Source: a virus (lineage: Duplodnaviria > Caudoviricetes). Taken from it: a stretch of 36,200 bases of DNA. A program made the translations under genes and the position numbers. Below, one piece after another: positions 7,559 through 16,562 of this stretch. The DNA lies in the IMG/VR virus record IMGVR_UViG_3300037755_000903, positions 1-36,200 of that record; one strand, 5' to 3'. The stretch's first letter is position 1. Each line of letters begins with the position of its first letter. Below the pieces are notes generated by a model, which was not told the origin of the DNA, searched no databases, and saw nothing but the letters and a program-made list of their open reading frames with translations.

Positions 7559-8008
7559 ATGCCTGCCAAGCGTCCCCCCGCCGAGGTCCGACCCCTCACC
7601 CCCGACGACCTCATGCCCACCTTCGGCGACCGCATCGCCAAGGTCCGCCGCGTCACCGGCCTCAACCAGACTGACATCGCCGACATGTGCGACGTCAGCC
7701 GAGACGCCGTCGCCAACTGGGAGGCAGGCAAGACCAGCCCACCCCGCACCAAGCTCTTCGCCTACGCGCAGGCCATCGCGAAGGGCACCGGCGCCCCCGT
7801 CGGCTACCTGCTCGACGCCCCCGACGAGGTGGTCAACGTCCTCGCCAGGAGGGATCGCGCTTCTCGATGGAAGTGCGACGGATGCGGCGGCACGGTCCCC
7901 GGTGGCTGCAAGTGCCCCGGTCCGATGGCCGGCGCCTCGACCCCCTCTGCGCCGTTCCATCCGCCCACCTCGGGCCTCACCCTCGACCCGGCGCTCGTCC
8001 CCGTCTGA
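7559..8008 (+). CDS. XRE-family immunity repressor with a Cys-rich, low-complexity C-terminal tail
   Basis: TFGDRIAKVRRVTGLNQTDIADMCDVSRDAVANWEAGKTSP. AAGGAG RBS at 7541-7546. Confidence 0.88.
   Translation: MPAKRPPAEVRPLTPDDLMPTFGDRIAKVRRVTGLNQTDIADMCDVSRDAVANWEAGKTSPPRTKLFAYAQAIAKGTGAPVGYLLDAPDEVVNVLARRDRASRWKCDGCGGTVPGGCKCPGPMAGASTPSAPFHPPTSGLTLDPALVPV
7855..7878. other. Candidate attP core inside the repressor gene
   Basis: TCGCGCTTC-TCGATG-GAAGTGCGA: 9-bp inverted arms (1 mismatch) around a 6-bp asymmetric spacer, at the junction of the folded domain and the tail. Confidence 0.45.
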
Positions 8009-8056
8009 GCGTGGACACCGCACCGCCACCCGCCGTCGACCTGTCGGCTACCTTGG

Positions 8057-8092
8057 CCTCCTCCCCGAGAACCGGCGGGCCCGGGGAGGAGG
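8057..8092 (+). terminator. Hairpin between repressor and integrase (terminator/attenuator)
   Basis: CCTCCTCCCCG (8057-8067) pairs perfectly with CGGGGAGGAGG (8082-8092). There is no U tract. Confidence 0.45.
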
Positions 8093-8121
8093 GCGAGAGT
8101 CAGCATGTGCAAGGGGCAGGG

Positions 8122-9006
8122 ATGGGGACCGCCGGCGCGGAGATGTCGCTCCTCGAGCGTTTTGAGCAGTGGGAGCGGCGCCGCAACCTGTCCCGCCGCA
8201 CGATCGTCGCCCGGCACCGTCGCCTCACCGCGTTGGAGGCCCACGTCGGCGGGGACCTCTTCGATGCCGACGCCGAGCAGGTCGAAGCGTGGCTCGACTC
8301 GGCGCACCGGCCCCTCACCCCGCCGTCGCGGTACACCTACATCTCGGAGGTGAACGCCTTCTACCAGTGGGCAGTGCGTGAGGGCTACCTGCTCACGAAC
8401 CCGTGCGACCGGGTGGTGCGGCCCCGGCTTCCGCTGCGCACGCCGCGGCCGCTGTCGATGGACGCCGTGCATGCCATGCTCGCCGCGGCGTCACGGCGGG
8501 ACGCGGTGTGGGTCGCCCTCGGCGCCTTTGCCGGGTTCCGGGTGTCGGAGATGGCGCACCTGCAGGTCCCGGAGGTCGACTTCGTCCGGGAGAAGCTGCT
8601 GGTGCTCGGCGCGAAGGGCAACAAGGACGGGGTGGTGCCGTTGCATCCGTTGGTGGCGGAGCGGCTGCGGATGTTGCCGGTGCCGCGGTCGGGGTTGGTG
8701 ACGCCGCGGGAGCGGGGTGGGGCGTACAACCCGGCGACGGTGGGCATGTACCTGTCGCGGCTGATGGATCGCTGTGGGGTGGATGGGACGCCGCACCAGC
8801 TGCGGCACTTCTTCGTGACCGAGGTGGTGGAGGCGTCGGGTGGGGATCTGCTGGTGGGCAAGGAGGCGGCTCGGCATGCGTCGATCACCACGACCGCGGG
8901 GTACGCGGCGCATTCGCGGGGTCGTCTTGATGAGGCGGTGCGGTCGATCGGGGAGGGTGCTCGGGGGCGGTGCTGTCCGTCGTGCGGTAGCGTCCTGCGG
9001 TCCTGA
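8122..9006 (+). CDS. int: Tyrosine integrase/recombinase, XerC-like, with no arm-binding domain
   Basis: Catalytic R (GFRVSE), K (GAKGNK), HxxR (HQLRH), H (RHAS) and Y (TTAGY). About 290 aa; start at 8122 or 8143. Confidence 0.93.
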   Translation: MGTAGAEMSLLERFEQWERRRNLSRRTIVARHRRLTALEAHVGGDLFDADAEQVEAWLDSAHRPLTPPSRYTYISEVNAFYQWAVREGYLLTNPCDRVVRPRLPLRTPRPLSMDAVHAMLAAASRRDAVWVALGAFAGFRVSEMAHLQVPEVDFVREKLLVLGAKGNKDGVVPLHPLVAERLRMLPVPRSGLVTPRERGGAYNPATVGMYLSRLMDRCGVDGTPHQLRHFFVTEVVEASGGDLLVGKEAARHASITTTAGYAAHSRGRLDEAVRSIGEGARGRCCPSCGSVLRS

Positions 9007-9039
9007 CGGGCGTGGGGTCCGCAGGAGTGGGGGAGTGGG

Positions 9040-9279
9040 GTGAGACTCGTGGGGGCTGGTGCACAGCAGGGCCCGGGGTTGGGCCGGGTGGCGAAGGTGG
9101 TGCTCGCTGTCGGTCTGACCGTCGGGAACGTGGCGGTGGTCATCCTGGCGGTCGCCCGCTTCGCCGAGGGTGACGTGATCGTCGGCCTGGGCTGGCTGAT
9201 CGCCGGTGCCGGGGCGGTGGCCTTGCTGTCCGTCGCTGCGGCGACGGTGGTGGAGACGGTGGTCAGCCGGGGGCGGTGA
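9040..9279 (+). CDS. Small 2-TM membrane protein, possibly lysogen-expressed
   Basis: Two hydrophobic helices and a GGAG upstream; co-oriented with rep-int. Confidence 0.55.
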   Translation: MRLVGAGAQQGPGLGRVAKVVLAVGLTVGNVAVVILAVARFAEGDVIVGLGWLIAGAGAVALLSVAAATVVETVVSRGR

Positions 9280-9544
9280 AGGTTGAGCGGGCGGCGGTGA
9301 CCCGTTCGGCTGGGATGCCGCACACGGCAGCGATGGCGTCGTCGGGGATGTCGCGGCGTTCCTCGGGCTCAACGAGCAGGAGGGCGACGGTGCACTCAAT
9401 GGCGGTCAGGTTCCCTTCGACGTCTCCGGAGGTGGCCGGGGGGTCGGCGTCCACCTGGACGATCGCGAAGATGATGGCGCCGGTGAGGGCGACCATCGCT
9501 ATGAGCAAGAGGAAGACGTCGGAGCGCTTCATCGGCTCCCCCAT
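9263..9544 (-). CDS. Membrane protein of the lysis cassette
   Basis: N-terminal TM helix; last gene of the late operon. Confidence 0.65.
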   Translation of the reverse strand: MGEPMKRSDVFLLLIAMVALTGAIIFAIVQVDADPPATSGDVEGNLTAIECTVALLLVEPEERRDIPDDAIAAVCGIPAERVTAARSTFTAPG

Positions 9545-9550
9545 CGCCGT

Positions 9551-9841
9551 TCAGAAGGGGGGTGCGAAGCCGAGGAGGGCCTGGCCGGCGATGGCGCCGA
9601 CGAGGGCGACGATGATGGCGCCGGCCACCGCGAAGAGGGCCATCGTGCGGGCCGTGTCCGACGCCTTGCGCTCCCGCTCGGCCTGCTCGCGTGAGAGGCG
9701 GTCCGCTCGGAGTTCGTCGCGCAGTGCCCGCAGCTCGTTGCGGACGCCGTCGAGGGCGTAGGCGAGGTGGAGGTCGGCGGGGGTCGCGTCGGGGTGCTCC
9801 AGTCGGAGTTGCGCTGCGGTTCTGCCGTTGTCGTCACCCAC
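9551..9841 (-). CDS. Coiled-coil protein with C-terminal TM helix (lysis cassette)
   Basis: VRNELRALRDELRADR...MALFAVAGAIIVALVGAIAG. Confidence 0.65.
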   Translation of the reverse strand: MGDDNGRTAAQLRLEHPDATPADLHLAYALDGVRNELRALRDELRADRLSREQAERERKASDTARTMALFAVAGAIIVALVGAIAGQALLGFAPPF

Positions 9842-9878
9842 TGCTGCTCCGTTCTCCGCCGATGGGGGTGGTGGGTGG

Positions 9879-10529
9879 TCAGGCCGCGTCGTCGGTGACG
9901 GTGGCCTCGACGTTGCGCACCCGCTCGTACAGGTCGCCGATGAACCCGGCGAAGCCGGTGTGGCCGCGGGGGATCATGCGGTTGAGGGCGAGTTCGGTGC
10001 CCTTCTTGGCGTCGAGGGTGATGGCGAGGTGGTCTGCTGCGGACAGGGGCATGTCGGTTCCTCCGGTGGTGTAGGCGGGTCGGCCGTAGCCGACGATCCC
10101 GCTGGATCGGGTGTGGCGGAGAACGGAGCCCCCGGTGCGGGACCCAGCGGCGTTGGTGTTGCCTTCGATGGTGGCGATGCGCCCGCCGCCGAGGACGGCG
10201 ACGACGATGCCGACGTGGGAGATCCGGTTGACGCCGTCGCCGGGGAAGTCGAAGAAGACGACGTCGCCGACCTGGGGGCTGGTGGTGTGCCAGCGGCCGG
10301 CGGAGCGGAACCAGTTGGCGCCGGTGGGCGTGTACGCGAACCCCTTGGACGTGGTGGCCGGGAGCGGGAGGCCGGCGTCGGCGAAGACGCGGGACACGAA
10401 CATGGCGCACCACGGGCCGACCATGCCGTACCAGTCGGTGATGCCGGGCACCCGGTTGGAGTAGGCGGGCTGCTCGGCGGTGCCGATCCAGCGCTCGGCC
10501 TGGGCGATGACGTCGCCAGGGGTGGTCAT
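9879..10529 (-). CDS. Endolysin, CHAP domain
   Basis: PWCAMFVS...PQVGDVVFFDF...SHVGIV...TIEGNT, ATGA-coupled to the putative holin. Confidence 0.92.
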   Translation of the reverse strand: MTTPGDVIAQAERWIGTAEQPAYSNRVPGITDWYGMVGPWCAMFVSRVFADAGLPLPATTSKGFAYTPTGANWFRSAGRWHTTSPQVGDVVFFDFPGDGVNRISHVGIVVAVLGGGRIATIEGNTNAAGSRTGGSVLRHTRSSGIVGYGRPAYTTGGTDMPLSAADHLAITLDAKKGTELALNRMIPRGHTGFAGFIGDLYERVRNVEATVTDDAA

Positions 10530-10879
10530 GCGTCGTCCTCGGGCTTGGGGGTCTCCTCCACCAGCTGGGCTTCGGCGAGCAGTACGGCGGCTTCGACGTC
10601 GAGGTCGGTGTGCTCGGCGAGGGCGTTCGCGGAGCGGGGCGACCACACGCCGGCGATGTCGCGCAGGCGCGGGACCTGCGCGACGAGGCGGATGACGACG
10701 GCGCCGAGGGCGGGGAGCAGGACGTTCGGGTCGAGGCCGCCCTGAGCGGCTTCCCAGATGCCGAGGGCGGCGAGGTAGAAGGCGGACAGGACGAGGATCG
10801 GTTCGGCTTCGAGCGCCCGGGCAACGATGGCTGCGGTTGCGGCGAGGCGGGCTCGGATCGATGCGACGAGCGTGTTCAT
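10526..10879 (-). CDS. Putative holin
   Basis: Two TM segments, AAGGAG RBS, immediately upstream of the endolysin. Confidence 0.65.
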   Translation of the reverse strand: MNTLVASIRARLAATAAIVARALEAEPILVLSAFYLAALGIWEAAQGGLDPNVLLPALGAVVIRLVAQVPRLRDIAGVWSPRSANALAEHTDLDVEAAVLLAEAQLVEETPKPEDDA

Positions 10880-11014
10880 CTCAGCGGTGCTCCTTGGGGT
10901 TGGGGTAGGTTGCGCGGGCTGGGTGGGGTAGGGGCCAGCGTCCGCCGCATGGACCCGTGCCCCTCGACGTTCCGTGGCCACCCCTAAGGTGCGGGAGCCC
11001 CACCCGGCGCCCCA

Positions 11015-11728
11015 TCACGTGAAGGCGTCGTCGAAGACGACCCAGACGATGGCGTTGCCGTTGGTGGACGGCGAGAACGACGACGGCGTGAGCACCACGG
11101 AGATGAGGTCTCCGGCGACGAAGGGGTCCGCGGGGGCCTGCAGAGTGTGGTCGTTGGTCGTGTTCGACCCGTCGATGGCGGCGGTGACCCCGGTGGCGCC
11201 AGCGTTGATGTGGACCTCGCCGGTGATCGACCCGGACACCCGGGTGTCGTTCACCTGCATGGTGAGGCCGACGATCTTCCCCGACCTCGGGGCGTACCAC
11301 TGGGTGCCCTTGTCGGCCAGCAGGGCCAAGGTGGAGATCTGGGTGAACGTGAACACCAGCGGGATCTCCACGCCCTTCACCAGCACCCGCCGCACCGCAG
11401 CGTTCGCCTCCGCCAGATCACTGGCGGTCGCCACATGCTCCAACGTCGTCCCCTCGGCATGCGTCGCAGCAGAGGTCCCATCTTCACCACGATCCGACAC
11501 GTCATCGAGGGTCAGCGTGTTCCCCGACCGCGACGCCACCAACACCTTCTCCTCCACCGACGTCGCACGGCCCAACACCACCCAGAACCGGCCGTTGGCC
11601 CCACCCGTCGGCCAGCCGGTGAGGTCATCACCCGTGATGGAGGTCGCGCTGGAGGACGTGGACCCGGACGTGCGCGCCAACGGCGCCGTCCCCACATACT
11701 CGATCTTCTCGAACGCCACATGAGACAC
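11015..11728 (-). CDS. Minor tail/fibre protein
   Basis: EEKVLVASRSGNTLT...RGEDGTSAATHAEG, resembling actinophage tail proteins. Follows the nozzle gene. Confidence 0.65.
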   Translation of the reverse strand: MSHVAFEKIEYVGTAPLARTSGSTSSSATSITGDDLTGWPTGGANGRFWVVLGRATSVEEKVLVASRSGNTLTLDDVSDRGEDGTSAATHAEGTTLEHVATASDLAEANAAVRRVLVKGVEIPLVFTFTQISTLALLADKGTQWYAPRSGKIVGLTMQVNDTRVSGSITGEVHINAGATGVTAAIDGSNTTNDHTLQAPADPFVAGDLISVVLTPSSFSPSTNGNAIVWVVFDDAFT

Positions 11729-11730
11729 CG

Positions 11731-13596
11731 CTACGACACCACCTTCAGCCGAGTGACCAAGGTCCCGCTCACATCACGCTGCGGACCCTCCTGAACGAAC
11801 TGGTGCGGCACCCACTGGAAGTCCGACACCACCACCGACCACCGCCGGCCCGCCTCCTGATAGGTGACCAGCCGACGATCACGGCGCAGCCCCTCGATCA
11901 GCTCACGCTCCACCGCCGGGAAGCAGCGCACCTGACCGTCACCCACAGACAGCGTCTCGGCCAGCAGCAGCGGCACGGTGATGTACTCCACCGTCCGCGT
12001 CGTCGGCTCCGCCTCGAGGACCACTGCCTGCACTGTCGGCCCCACCGTGTCATCCACGGCGTCGGGGAACAGGTACACCACCCACTCGAAGGACTTGCCG
12101 CGGGCCTCACCGGCGAGGAACCGGGCATCGGACGTCGACGCCGTGTTCAGCTCGACCTCGGTGCCGCCATCGACCGCGAGGCTTACCCGGTGCGTGCCAC
12201 CGTCGACCGACTGGTGGTGGACGGTGAGGAACATGGCCACCTTGTCGTCGGGCAGCCGGAAGTCGATCTGGCCGGAACGGACGAACCCGAGTTGGGTGAG
12301 CGTCCCGGTCCCGTCCTCGGTGTAGAAGCCCTCACCGGAGACGGCGAACACGCGGCGACCGGCGAAGGTGGCCACGTCGGTGACCGCCCCATCGACGTCG
12401 GTCATCAGGTCGGTGGCGTAGGCGGGGGCGAGGTTGTCCGCCGAGGCGAAGTCCTCCAAGGAGAGGCGGCCGAGGCCGGACATCGGCGTCGGCGGCTGGC
12501 CCGGGATCCCCGGGTCGTGGTCCTCCCACCCGAACCACACGTGCGGGCCCTGTCCTTCGAAGCACCGCACTGCGGAGCCCGTCTCCAGCAGCGCACCGAT
12601 GGTGAGGTCCCCGCCACTGCTGCTGGTCGCGAACCTCACCCCCTCGTCGGTGCCGAGGAGCACGAAGCCCAGGTAGGTCGAGATGGAGCGGATGATCTCA
12701 CCGTCGGGGAGCTCACCGGCGACGATGGGGGCGTCGAGGCCGGTGCCGTCGTCCTTGAGCGGCACCTTGTAGATCAGCGACTTGTCGCCCGAGAACCCGG
12801 CGGCGTAGATGTGCTGGCTGGTGGGGCCTCCGGCGAAGCCGACCCAGGTGAAGGCGGAGTCGGGGTGGGTGAAGAGTTCGGTGGGCGCGGCGTAGGGGAT
12901 GCCGCCGCCGCCCATGTCGTCGACCACGTTGTAGATGGAGGCGCCGGCCGACGCCATGACCCGGCCCTTCACGTAGCCGAGGGTGGCGGGGACGAGCGAC
13001 GACCACTTCTCGGCGGCGGAGGTGCCGGTGTTGGTCCGGTAGATGCCGTCCGAGCAGCCGATGAGGACCCGGAACCCGGTGGACACGAGCGCGGTGACCG
13101 CGCTGGCGTGCGTCGAGGTGACGGTGGTGACCGACCCGCCGAGGGCGGTGACGAACTTGGTGGCCTGGCCCTCGCAGAAGTAGAGGCGGGCCCCCGCGAC
13201 GGCCAGGCGCAGGTTGGTGTCGGCGGAGTCCTCCCACTCTTCGGTGGCGGGCAGGAGGCCGATCTGGCCTTCGGTCCACACGTCGATGCCGAACGAGGTG
13301 CGGAACCGGCGAGCGGAGGAGGTGGCCCGGTCGCGGTAGGTCTGCCCGGCGCCGCCCTGCCAGTCGTCCTGGGTGCGCCGCCACAACGACTCGGGGTTGA
13401 GGGACTGGTCCGACGGTGCGTCACTGCTGTCGGCCTGCTGGCGGAGGAGAGGGACGGACTCGTGGCCCCACTCGCTGTTGGCCGTGTCGATCAGGTACGG
13501 GCGCCCCGCGAGCGCGCACGGGTACCGGCCCGGGACCTCTGAGGAGGTCGACGTGCCCTCGTAGAACGGGGCGTCGAGGAGGAGTGTGAGGCCCAC
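11731..13596 (-). CDS. Tail nozzle / DNA-stabilisation protein (analogous to P22 gp10 / T7 gp12)
   Basis: 621 aa, beta-rich and propeller-like (WRRTQDDWQGGAGQ...GIDVWTEGQIGLL). Follows the adaptor; the call rests on synteny. Confidence 0.65.
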   Translation of the reverse strand: MGLTLLLDAPFYEGTSTSSEVPGRYPCALAGRPYLIDTANSEWGHESVPLLRQQADSSDAPSDQSLNPESLWRRTQDDWQGGAGQTYRDRATSSARRFRTSFGIDVWTEGQIGLLPATEEWEDSADTNLRLAVAGARLYFCEGQATKFVTALGGSVTTVTSTHASAVTALVSTGFRVLIGCSDGIYRTNTGTSAAEKWSSLVPATLGYVKGRVMASAGASIYNVVDDMGGGGIPYAAPTELFTHPDSAFTWVGFAGGPTSQHIYAAGFSGDKSLIYKVPLKDDGTGLDAPIVAGELPDGEIIRSISTYLGFVLLGTDEGVRFATSSSGGDLTIGALLETGSAVRCFEGQGPHVWFGWEDHDPGIPGQPPTPMSGLGRLSLEDFASADNLAPAYATDLMTDVDGAVTDVATFAGRRVFAVSGEGFYTEDGTGTLTQLGFVRSGQIDFRLPDDKVAMFLTVHHQSVDGGTHRVSLAVDGGTEVELNTASTSDARFLAGEARGKSFEWVVYLFPDAVDDTVGPTVQAVVLEAEPTTRTVEYITVPLLLAETLSVGDGQVRCFPAVERELIEGLRRDRRLVTYQEAGRRWSVVVSDFQWVPHQFVQEGPQRDVSGTLVTRLKVVS

Positions 13597-13599
13597 AGG

Positions 13600-14502
13600 T
13601 CAGACCGTCGTGGTGGTGCGTCGGCGGGGCGGGTACAGGCGCAACAGCGCCTTCTGCTCCTCCATCACCCGCCGCTCGTACACCGCGAGGAGGCCCCTGA
13701 CGGACTGCAGCTGCGAACCGGTGGGCGCCTCCTCGGAGCGGCGCGTGTCGCCCTGGGATTCGGTGAAGTTCCGCTTCACCTCACGAGGGGCGACGAGGCG
13801 GATCGCCGCGCCGACCTGCAGCAGGTCATCCGCGGTGGTGGGTAGACCGCACACCGCCTGCAGGTCGGTGTCACCGTCCACGATCGCCGCGAAGGGGGCC
13901 TTGTACCGGACCCGGATCGTGCGGCCGGCCTCGCCCTGGTCCCGCAAGATGAGGGCCGTGCCCGACGCGAACGACGTGGTGGGCATGTCTCGGGCCACCG
14001 TCCACGAGTCGAGGATCGGCCAGTCCTGCTCCGGGCCCGACGTCTGCGCCCGCACCTCGTAGATGGAGGTCAGGTCCGACACGCCGGTGAGGTCGTAGCC
14101 CATCACCGACGGGTCATACGTCAGGTCCACCGTGCGCATGCGGAACAGGCCCGCCGAGACGAGAGCGGCCAGCTCGTCCTTGATGGCGCTGAAGACGCGG
14201 GAGGGGGTGAAGATGGAGTTGACGATGACGGTGGCCCCCGCGGCGTGGGCTACGGCGGTGGTGCCGAAGTCGCCGCGCTGGACCTCCGCGGTCTTCGCTC
14301 CGGCGGAGGCTTCCCACACCCCCATGTCCTCGTAGCCGAGGGAGATGCGGGCGTTGGTGGCGATGGCGCCGAGGTCGAAGTCGAAGGAGAGGCTCGTGTC
14401 GTCAGTGTCGATGCTGGAGGTGAGCCGGTTGCGCTGCTCGCGGTGCCCGGCGAGGAGGTGGTCCTGGCGGGTCCGCTCGACAGCGACGGCGACAGTGGTC
14501 AT
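13600..14502 (-). CDS. Head-tail adaptor (analogous to P22 gp4 / T7 gp11)
   Basis: 300 aa; GRTIRVRYKAPF...GLPTTADDLLQVGAAIRL. Placed just before the nozzle. Confidence 0.6.
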   Translation of the reverse strand: MTTVAVAVERTRQDHLLAGHREQRNRLTSSIDTDDTSLSFDFDLGAIATNARISLGYEDMGVWEASAGAKTAEVQRGDFGTTAVAHAAGATVIVNSIFTPSRVFSAIKDELAALVSAGLFRMRTVDLTYDPSVMGYDLTGVSDLTSIYEVRAQTSGPEQDWPILDSWTVARDMPTTSFASGTALILRDQGEAGRTIRVRYKAPFAAIVDGDTDLQAVCGLPTTADDLLQVGAAIRLVAPREVKRNFTESQGDTRRSEEAPTGSQLQSVRGLLAVYERRVMEEQKALLRLYPPRRRTTTTV

Positions 14503-14774
14503 CAGGCGTGGGCCTCCGCTCGGCGCAGGATCTCCTTGGCGACGAGGCAGGCATCGGCCTCGCCCATCTCGCACACGAGATCCGACGTCCGCCGCTGCAG
14601 TGACCCAGACAGCGGCTCAGACGTGAGCGCCAGGCTCCTGCCGTTGCGCACACCCGCATCGAACGCATCTCGGATGCGGTCAGGGCGCTCGTAGCGGCGT
14701 CCCCGCACGGCCACCGCGATGAGGGGGGCGAAGAAGCCGACGGCGACCAGCGCAACCACCACGTCCTCGCTCAT
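14502..14774 (-). CDS. Small N-terminal TM protein (90 aa)
   Basis: MSEDVVVALVAVGFFAPLIAVAV, coupled at both ends. Confidence 0.6.
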   Translation of the reverse strand: MSEDVVVALVAVGFFAPLIAVAVRGRRYERPDRIRDAFDAGVRNGRSLALTSEPLSGSLQRRTSDLVCEMGEADACLVAKEILRRAEAHA

Positions 14775-15340
14775 GCCATCGTCCCTTCGGGCAGCCGGCT
14801 GCGGTTGTGGCCGTGGATCCGGTACTGCCACGTCACCTCCGGGACCGCCTTGAACTTGGCGCCGGCGGCGGCCAGGTTCTTCCAGAGTTCGTGGTCATAG
14901 GCGTGCACCGCTGGGAACCCGCCCACCCGGTTGAACCACTCCAGGCGGACCATCGCGGTGATCGGCACCGTGCACCGCGACGCCAGCGCCTCCTCGTCGA
15001 AGTGGGTGGGCAGCGTGTCGTAGGGGCAGAACGCCGAGCCGACCACCTCACAGCCCGAGTAGACGACATCCACATCCGGCCCCGTCGCCGCACCCAGGGT
15101 CTCGAGGTGCTCCGGGAAGAGGAGGTCGTCGTCGTCGAGGAAGGTGACCCACTCGACGCAGCAGCCGACGGTGCGGGCGAGCCGGTTGTAGACCGTGGCG
15201 GCGCCCTCATGGGCGTGGTCGACGCCGATGTGGTGGAACTTCGGCTGGACGGTCTGCTCGGCGACCGACTCGATCGCCTGGCTGAGCATGTGGGCGCGGG
15301 TCGGGATGGAGGCGGTGAGGAGGGCGACGCGGGGGCTCAT
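14771..15340 (-). CDS. Glycosyltransferase family 2 (GT-A)
   Basis: LSQAIESVAEQT...EWVTFLDDDDLLFPEHLE...VGGF...YDHELW...WQYRIH. Confidence 0.9.
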   Translation of the reverse strand: MSPRVALLTASIPTRAHMLSQAIESVAEQTVQPKFHHIGVDHAHEGAATVYNRLARTVGCCVEWVTFLDDDDLLFPEHLETLGAATGPDVDVVYSGCEVVGSAFCPYDTLPTHFDEEALASRCTVPITAMVRLEWFNRVGGFPAVHAYDHELWKNLAAAGAKFKAVPEVTWQYRIHGHNRSRLPEGTMA

Positions 15341-15657
15341 ACTGCGGCCTCCATGACCTTCTCGTTGCAGCCGGGGCGCCCGCAGGAGCGAGTGCGGCAC
15401 GCAGTCACCTCCGACTGAGGAACGTGCACGATGTCCACCCGACACCAGCACTCGACGGCCAGGTGGTCCTTCGGCGTCGTCATGAGCCGATGGGTGGGGC
15501 TCGTGCTCGTGCTCGTGCTTCGCTTGTACCGCTGGTAGTTCAAGAACGGGACCCGGCAGCACTCCCCCCGGCACTTGTTGTTCGTGTACCCGCCGAGCGT
15601 CCCGTGTCGGGGGTCGCCGTCACCTGGCTGGATGACGTTCCGCTTCCGCGCGGTCAT
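15337..15657 (-). CDS. Cys-rich putative Zn-binding protein
   Basis: HGTLGGYTNNKCRGECCR and CWCR...CGRPGC, coupled at both ends. Confidence 0.65.
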   Translation of the reverse strand: MTARKRNVIQPGDGDPRHGTLGGYTNNKCRGECCRVPFLNYQRYKRSTSTSTSPTHRLMTTPKDHLAVECWCRVDIVHVPQSEVTACRTRSCGRPGCNEKVMEAAV

Positions 15658-16562
15658 GCGGCCTCCCCAGCGCCTTCGTTGACGCGGATCATGTCGTCGA
15701 TCCGTTCACCCATCCGCCGCTCCACCGGCTTGTACGACTCCACCGCGGCGATGAACCGGTCCGCGTCGAACCCCCGGCACAGGGGGGCGGACTCGAACAC
15801 CACCGGGTGCTCGCCGGGCCGCATCGGGAGGTGCCGCACCTTGTAGCAGCCGGTGACGTGGCCCACCATCTCCGCCACCTCCAGCACCGTGTGGGAGGTC
15901 CCCGACGCGGCGTCGAGGATGGCGCCGTCGAACGGGTTGTTGCCGACGGCCTCGGTGAACAGTCCCTCCACTGCCCCCACCAGCAGACCAGCCACGTCAT
16001 CCACGTGCACCAGGTCCACCGTCTGCGAACCGTCACCCCACACCGGCATCGGGAGCCCAGCCCACGAACGAGACGCGAACGTCGGCACGATCTTCTGCGG
16101 ATGCCCCGGCGTCCCATCACCCACCGCCTGCCCCGGCCCGTACACGTTGAACGCCCGTACGTGCGCCACCCGCAGGCCACGATGACGGCGCCACGCCTCC
16201 GCCAGATCAAGGGCGCACCGCTTCGTCGCCGAGTACACATTTGCCCACACCTGCGGCATCGTGATCCCCACGTAGGCCGCCCCCAGCCGCTCGCACTCGG
16301 TGAGCACATGAGCAGTGCCGCCCACGTTCACGTCGACCGCCCGATGCGGGTCATCGAACAGCTCGGAGGTGCCGAGCACACCGGCGAGGTGGATCACCGC
16401 GTCGCACTGGTCGAGGGGGTGCATGCGCACGTCGCGGACCTTCCAGCCCGGCGGGGGGTGCTGGTCGAACGGGAGCACCTGGTGGCCGCGGCCCTCCAGG
16501 GCACGGACGGTGGCCCGGCCGAGGAACCCGGACGAACCAGTGACGAGGACGGTGGAGCCCAT
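15654..16562 (-). CDS. NAD-dependent NDP-sugar epimerase/dehydratase (extended SDR)
   Basis: VLVTGSSGFLG, HLAG, YSATK, RAFNVYGPG, WGDGSQTVDLVHVDDVA. TAATG overlap with GT4. Confidence 0.93.
   Translation of the reverse strand: MGSTVLVTGSSGFLGRATVRALEGRGHQVLPFDQHPPPGWKVRDVRMHPLDQCDAVIHLAGVLGTSELFDDPHRAVDVNVGGTAHVLTECERLGAAYVGITMPQVWANVYSATKRCALDLAEAWRRHRGLRVAHVRAFNVYGPGQAVGDGTPGHPQKIVPTFASRSWAGLPMPVWGDGSQTVDLVHVDDVAGLLVGAVEGLFTEAVGNNPFDGAILDAASGTSHTVLEVAEMVGHVTGCYKVRHLPMRPGEHPVVFESAPLCRGFDADRFIAAVESYKPVERRMGERIDDMIRVNEGAGEAA

Noticed and set aside
7842-7858. Resemblance to a tRNA 3' end (tRNA-type attP)
   Set aside because: The reverse complement lacks an intact GTTCGA T-loop. No tRNA gene was recognised anywhere in the window.
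15498-15519. (GCTCGT)3 microsatellite
   Set aside because: An in-frame 6-bp unit encoding an STSTST linker, so it cannot switch frame.
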